32,000 nucleotides of DNA from an uncultured archaeon (GTDB lineage: Archaea; Iainarchaeota; Iainarchaeia; Iainarchaeales; Iainarchaeaceae), in assembly GCA_964577555.1 (NCBI GenBank), contig CAZNZM010000009.1:1-32000 (forward strand). Direction: 5' to 3'. The notes under the pieces are model-generated. The model had not been told where the DNA came from. It searched no databases and worked only from the letters and a program-made list of their open reading frames with translations. Positions 28,332 to 32,000 of this stretch are shown here, one piece after another (position 1 is the stretch's first letter; every line of letters begins with the position of its first letter). Made by a program: the position numbers and the translations under genes.

Positions 28332-29036
28332 ATGAAGGTTTCAATTGTTATTCCTGCATTAAACGAGGAAAAATATCTTCCAAAATTGCTTGATTCTTTG
28401 TCTGCACAGAAAACAAAATTCAAGTACGAGATTATAGTGGCTGATGGTTATAGCGAGGATAATACTGTTAAAATAGCAAAAAAAGCTGGTGCCAAAGTTG
28501 TAATGGAGCATAACAGGTCTGCTGCTTGGGAAAGAAATGCTGGTGCAAAAATTGCTTCTGGCGATATAATTGCTTTTGTTGATTCTGACACTATTGTTCC
28601 TAAAGATTGGGTTGAAAGAATTGGCTCTGAATTTGAAAATAGCAAAGATGTGGTAATGGTTTATGGTTGTGCTTATTTGCTTGAAGAATCAAAATTGATG
28701 AATTCATTAGTGCTTTTTTCAACTAAATTGTTTATTTCTATTCTTTCATTTTTTGGGATTCATAATGCACCTGGCTTTAACATGGCTGTTAGAAAAGACA
28801 TTTATAATAAGTGTGGCGGTTTTGATACTTCGCTTTTTACTGCAGAAGACCTTGATTTGGCAAAAAAAATGTCTGTATTTGGAAAAATCAAATTTGTTCC
28901 GGATCTCATTGTCTGGGTTTCAGCAAGAAGAATAAAAAAATGGGGGCTCTTGAAATTTGTTGGTTTTAACTTGGCAAACTTGTTTAATTTTACTTTTAAA
29001 GGGAAAGCATCTAAAAATTACGAGAGTGTGAGATAG
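28332..29036 (+). CDS. family 2 glycosyltransferase
   Basis: MKVSIVIPALNEEKYLPKLLDSLSAQ, IIVADGYSEDNTVKIAKKAGAKVV, RNAGAKIASGDIIAFVDSDTIVPKDWV. ATG at 28332 is the likely start. Confidence 0.9.
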   Translation: MKVSIVIPALNEEKYLPKLLDSLSAQKTKFKYEIIVADGYSEDNTVKIAKKAGAKVVMEHNRSAAWERNAGAKIASGDIIAFVDSDTIVPKDWVERIGSEFENSKDVVMVYGCAYLLEESKLMNSLVLFSTKLFISILSFFGIHNAPGFNMAVRKDIYNKCGGFDTSLFTAEDLDLAKKMSVFGKIKFVPDLIVWVSARRIKKWGLLKFVGFNLANLFNFTFKGKASKNYESVR

Positions 29037-30191
29037 TTGAATATAGCTTATTTTACAGATTCTTACGAGCCGCAAATTAACGGGGTTGTAACACAAATAA
29101 ATAACATGGCTAAAGAATCCTTGAGGAAAGGACACAAGTTTTTGATAGTCGCGCCTTCGCCTGACATGAATTTTAAAGAGAGATATTGCCATGGTGTCAA
29201 AGTTTTTTTAATGCCTTCAATTGCTTTGCCGACTTATAAGGATTATAGAATTTCTTATTTCAGATCTGAAAAAATTTTGAGTGAAATGAAAATTTTCAAG
29301 CCTGATGTTATCCATGTTCATACTCCTTTTGGAATAGGCTGGCTTGGTGTTTGGGTTGCAAAAAAACTCGGGGTAAGGCTTGTTGGAACTTATCACACTT
29401 TGATTCCTGATTTTTTGGTATATTTGCCAATTCCTTTTTTTAATCAAACCAATTTGGCAAAAAAATTGGCTTGGAAGTATACTAATTGGTTTTACATGAA
29501 TTGCGATGTTTTAACTACTATAACCAATGTTACAAAAAAAGAACTTGAGAAAAACGGGTTGAAAAAAATCAATGTAATTCCGAATTCTATTGATTTTGAA
29601 AAATTTAATAAATTCAAAAAAAAAATTTACAAATCAAAAGGGTTGAAGCTTATTTATTTTGGAAGAATTAGTTATGAAAAAAATATTGATGTTCTTATAT
29701 TAGCTCTTGAAAAATTGGTTTCTTATGAAAAAAATGTTTATCTCACGATAGTTGGTTCAGGGCCTGCTCTTGAAAGCTTGAAAAAATTGGTTGAAAAAAA
29801 AGGTTTGTCTGAAAGGGTTAGCTTTTTGGGGGCTGTTGGGCATGATGAACTTCCAAAAATAATTTCGCAACACGATATTTTTGTTACTGCTTCAACAATT
29901 GAAACGCAAGGACTTACTACCATAGAATCAATGGCAATCGGCTTGCCTTGTGTTGCCGCGGATGCGCGTGCCAATTCAGAAATGATTTTGCATGGCAAAA
30001 ACGGTTATTTATTCAAGCCTTTTGATGCTGTTGATTGTGCTGAAAAAATACTTTTGCTTGAGTCAGCTTCAAAAAGAAGAAAATTTGGTTTGTTTGGAAT
30101 GAGATTCGTGAAAAGATTTTCTGTTGAAAAAGTTTTTGCAAGTTTTTTGGCTCTTTATTCAAAAATACAAAAAAATGCGGAAAGCAATTGA
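29037..30191 (+). CDS. family 4 glycosyltransferase (GT-B)
   Basis: NIAYFTDSYEPQINGVVTQI, VHTPFGIGWLGVWVAKKLG, LIYFGRISYEKNIDVLI, VGSGPALESLK, VTASTIETQGLTTIESMAIGLPCVA. TTG start immediately follows the upstream stop. Confidence 0.93.
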   Translation: MNIAYFTDSYEPQINGVVTQINNMAKESLRKGHKFLIVAPSPDMNFKERYCHGVKVFLMPSIALPTYKDYRISYFRSEKILSEMKIFKPDVIHVHTPFGIGWLGVWVAKKLGVRLVGTYHTLIPDFLVYLPIPFFNQTNLAKKLAWKYTNWFYMNCDVLTTITNVTKKELEKNGLKKINVIPNSIDFEKFNKFKKKIYKSKGLKLIYFGRISYEKNIDVLILALEKLVSYEKNVYLTIVGSGPALESLKKLVEKKGLSERVSFLGAVGHDELPKIISQHDIFVTASTIETQGLTTIESMAIGLPCVAADARANSEMILHGKNGYLFKPFDAVDCAEKILLLESASKRRKFGLFGMRFVKRFSVEKVFASFLALYSKIQKNAESN

Positions 30192-30381
30192 TTATAAACA
30201 AATTCTAAGTAAAAAAACATTGTTCCTGCCAAAGTCATGCAATTGGCTGAATTTAAAAAAAAATTTTTATAGTTGAAAGGCTTCACCATGCTTTTGCTTT
30301 TGAAGAGAACAGAAAATAGGCCAACCAAATTTTTTTATAAAAAATATTTGCTTTTGAATTGTTTTTGGGATTGGTGATTTA

Positions 30382-30545
30382 ATGAATTGGCCTAGTAAGG
30401 CTCAAACGCCTATAATAGGGCGGGGGTTTAGGAAAACAAAGCATAGAGGCCAGATTCAACGCTGGTTTTGCCAGCGTTGCAAGCACACCTTCATAGAAAA
30501 GGATGCTTTCTGGCATAAGCATAAATCTCCAGAAACAGCTAGAGA
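30382..30545 (+). pseudogene. decayed N-terminal zinc-ribbon fragment of a transposase
   Basis: GFRKTKHRGQIQRWFCQRCKHTFIEKDAFWHKHKSPETAREI follows the G-RKTKxGxxQRxxCxxCxxxF pattern of IS1-like/DDE transposase N-termini. The first CPxCG-like half survives only partly, in another frame (GSNAYNR), and no catalytic domain follows. Confidence 0.5.
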
Positions 30546-30549
30546 AATA

Positions 30550-30623
30550 TTTATAAACCCTGCTTGCGACATATATATTCACGCATTTGAACCAAGAATA
30601 ATTTTTTTATAAGTGCTTGTGAT
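30550..30623 (+). promoter_or_regulatory. two tandem TATA-like elements upstream of 16S rRNA
   Basis: TTTATAAACCCTGCTTGCGAC (30550-30570) and TTTATAAGTGCTTGTGAT (30606-30623): same TATA-like core followed by TGCTTGYGAY, 56 bp apart. Confidence 0.5.
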
Positions 30624-30802
30624 CGCCATTTTTGGCGTGATTTGAGACCCATCTTTTGCAGTGTTGCGGAAAGCGTGCTTTCTGCACTTGGTTTAATGCA
30701 AAGATGAGTACCAAAGTTGTTTTTGGTATGATGTTGGTCTGCCAAGAGGTTTTCCGAGAGCGGAAAACTAATTATTAAATCCGCAATCAATGAATTGCGG
30801 AT
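30624..30802 (+). promoter_or_regulatory. 16S rRNA leader with five consecutive stem-loops
   Basis: CGCCA-TTTT-TGGCG (30624-30637); TGCGGAAAG-CGTG-CTTTCTGCA (30665-30686, one G-U); TACCAAA-GTTGTT-TTTGGTA (30709-30728); TTTTCCG-AGAG-CGGAAAA (30750-30767); ATCCGCAAT-CAATGA-ATTGCGGAT (30779-30802). Confidence 0.6.
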
Positions 30803-30854
30803 CCAATTCCATTGAGTGGATATCCGAATATGCCAAAAGGCTTCTGGATTGATA

Positions 30855-32000
30855 ATTCCAGCTGATCCTGCTGGCGGATACTGCTATCGAAGTTCGACTA
30901 AGCCATGCAAGTCTGAGAGGCCAAGTCATGGTGGTCTCTGGCGTACGGCTCAGTAACACGTGGTTAATCTACCCTAAGGAAGGGCTAATCCCGGGAAACT
31001 GGGGCTAATACCCTATAGGAATTAGCTACTGGAATATGCTTTTTCCAAAAAAATGCGCACCATGCAAGCGTTATTGCCTTAGGATGAGACTGCGGTGGAT
31101 TAGGTAGTTGGCGGGGTAAATGCCCACCAAGCCGAAGATCCATACGGGCCTTGAGAGAGGTAGCCCGGAGAAGGGTACTGAGATAAGGACCCTAGCCCTA
31201 CGGGGTGCAGCAGGCGCGAAAATTCTGCAATACACGAAAGTGTGACAGAGGAACTTCGAGTGATCCCTTTGGGATCTTTTGCCAACTTTAGAAAGGTTGG
31301 CGAATAAGAGCTGGGTAATATGCGTGCCAGCCGCCGCGGTAATACGCAAGGCTCTAGTGGTATCCCCTCATATTGGGCCTAAAGCGTTCGTAGCCGGTTC
31401 GGTAAGTCTTTTGTGAAATCGGCTCTCTTAAGGAGTCGAATTGCAAAAGAAACTGCCGGGCTTGAGAATGGGAGATGTGAAGGGAATTTTCGGAGTAACG
31501 GTGAAATGTTGTGATCCCGAAAAGACCACCAGTAGCGAAGGCGCTTCACAAGAACATATCTGACGGTGAGGAACGAAAGCTGGGGGAGCGACCCGGATTA
31601 GATACCCGGTTAGTCCCAGCCGTAAACGATGCGGACTAGGTGTCCTAGCGCTCATGTAGTGCGGGGGTGCCGAAGCGAAGGTCTTAAGTCCGCCGCCTGG
31701 GGAGTATACTCGCAAGGGTGAAACTTAATGGAATTGGCGGGGACGCACTACAAGGGGTGGATGCTGCGGTTTAATTGGACACAACGCCAGAAAACTCACC
31801 AGGGGCGACAGCAGAATGATGGACAGTCTAAAGGGCTTTCCTGACACGCTGAGAGGTGTTGTATGGTCATCGTCAGCTCGTACTATGAAGCGTCCTGTCA
31901 ACTCAGGCAACGGGCGAGACCCATGCCCATAGTTGCGATCTTCTGATTCCAGGAGAGCACTCTATGGGGACTGCAGTAGCAATACTGAGGAAGGAGTGGG
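30855..32000 (+). rRNA. rrs: archaeal 16S rRNA, 5' portion (continues past window end)
   Basis: Begins ATTCCAGCTGATCCTGCTGG. Contains GTGCCAGCCGCCGCGGTAATAC (31324), GATTAGATACCCGGTTAGTCC (31596), AAACTTAATGGAATTGGCGGGG (31721), and GTCAGCTCGTACTATGAAGCGTCCTG. Spacing between landmarks matches an intronless 16S. Confidence 0.97.

Noticed and set aside
30288-30377. Short + strand ORF MLLLLKRTENRPTKFFYKKYLLLNCFWDW
   Set aside because: It is very short, of low complexity, and shows no family signature or supporting context.
30855-32000. ORFs called inside the 16S gene (for example 31071..31349, 31428..31715, 31725..31910)
   Set aside because: They are chance frames in rRNA; the nucleotide sequence is unmistakably 16S.
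30855-32000. Possible intron in the 16S gene
   Set aside because: Distances between conserved landmarks (515, 787, 907 and 1100 regions) match a standard archaeal 16S within a few bases.
1-32000. CRISPR array or cas genes
   Set aside because: I saw no regularly spaced repeats and no Cas-like proteins. The XRE regulator's N-terminal nuclease-like domain belongs to a known archaeal regulator type, not to a defence module.

Overview
This is an archaeal chromosomal window, probably DPANN-like. That lineage guess is an inference from the divergent 16S and the gene style. It ends inside a 16S rRNA gene (about 30855 to the window end). Most of the window is ordinary cellular gene content. It includes an Lhr-type helicase with a metallophosphoesterase, a RecJ-like DHH phosphoesterase, TldD/TldE, an MgtA-like P-type ATPase, NadC/NadM, PdxS/PdxT, FEN1, a FolC-like ligase, and a thiamine pyrophosphokinase-like gene followed by a ThiB-ThiP-ThiQ-like ABC transporter. 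It also includes Pcm, an archaeal HTH regulator, a UbiA-family prenyltransferase, tRNA-Glu, a YhhQ/VUT transporter and three glycosyltransferases. I read by eye two small ribosomal protein genes absent from the supplied ORF track: L40e-like (25170..25337, -) and L41e (27205..27333, +, likely TTG start). The observations most worth a second look are: (1) the L41e gene with a possible N-terminal extension; (2) the 16S leader, with tandem TATA-like elements and five consecutive perfect or near-perfect hairpins; (3) 16S changes at near-universal positions and primer sites, some compensated; (4) the TPK-like + ThiBPQ cluster in an archaeon; (5) a putative frameshifted orphan gene just downstream of tRNA-Glu; (6) an uncharacterised three-gene operon at 7592-9064; (7) a decayed zinc-ribbon transposase fragment next to the rRNA promoter. 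I found no convincing CRISPR array, defence island or clearly novel multi-gene system.
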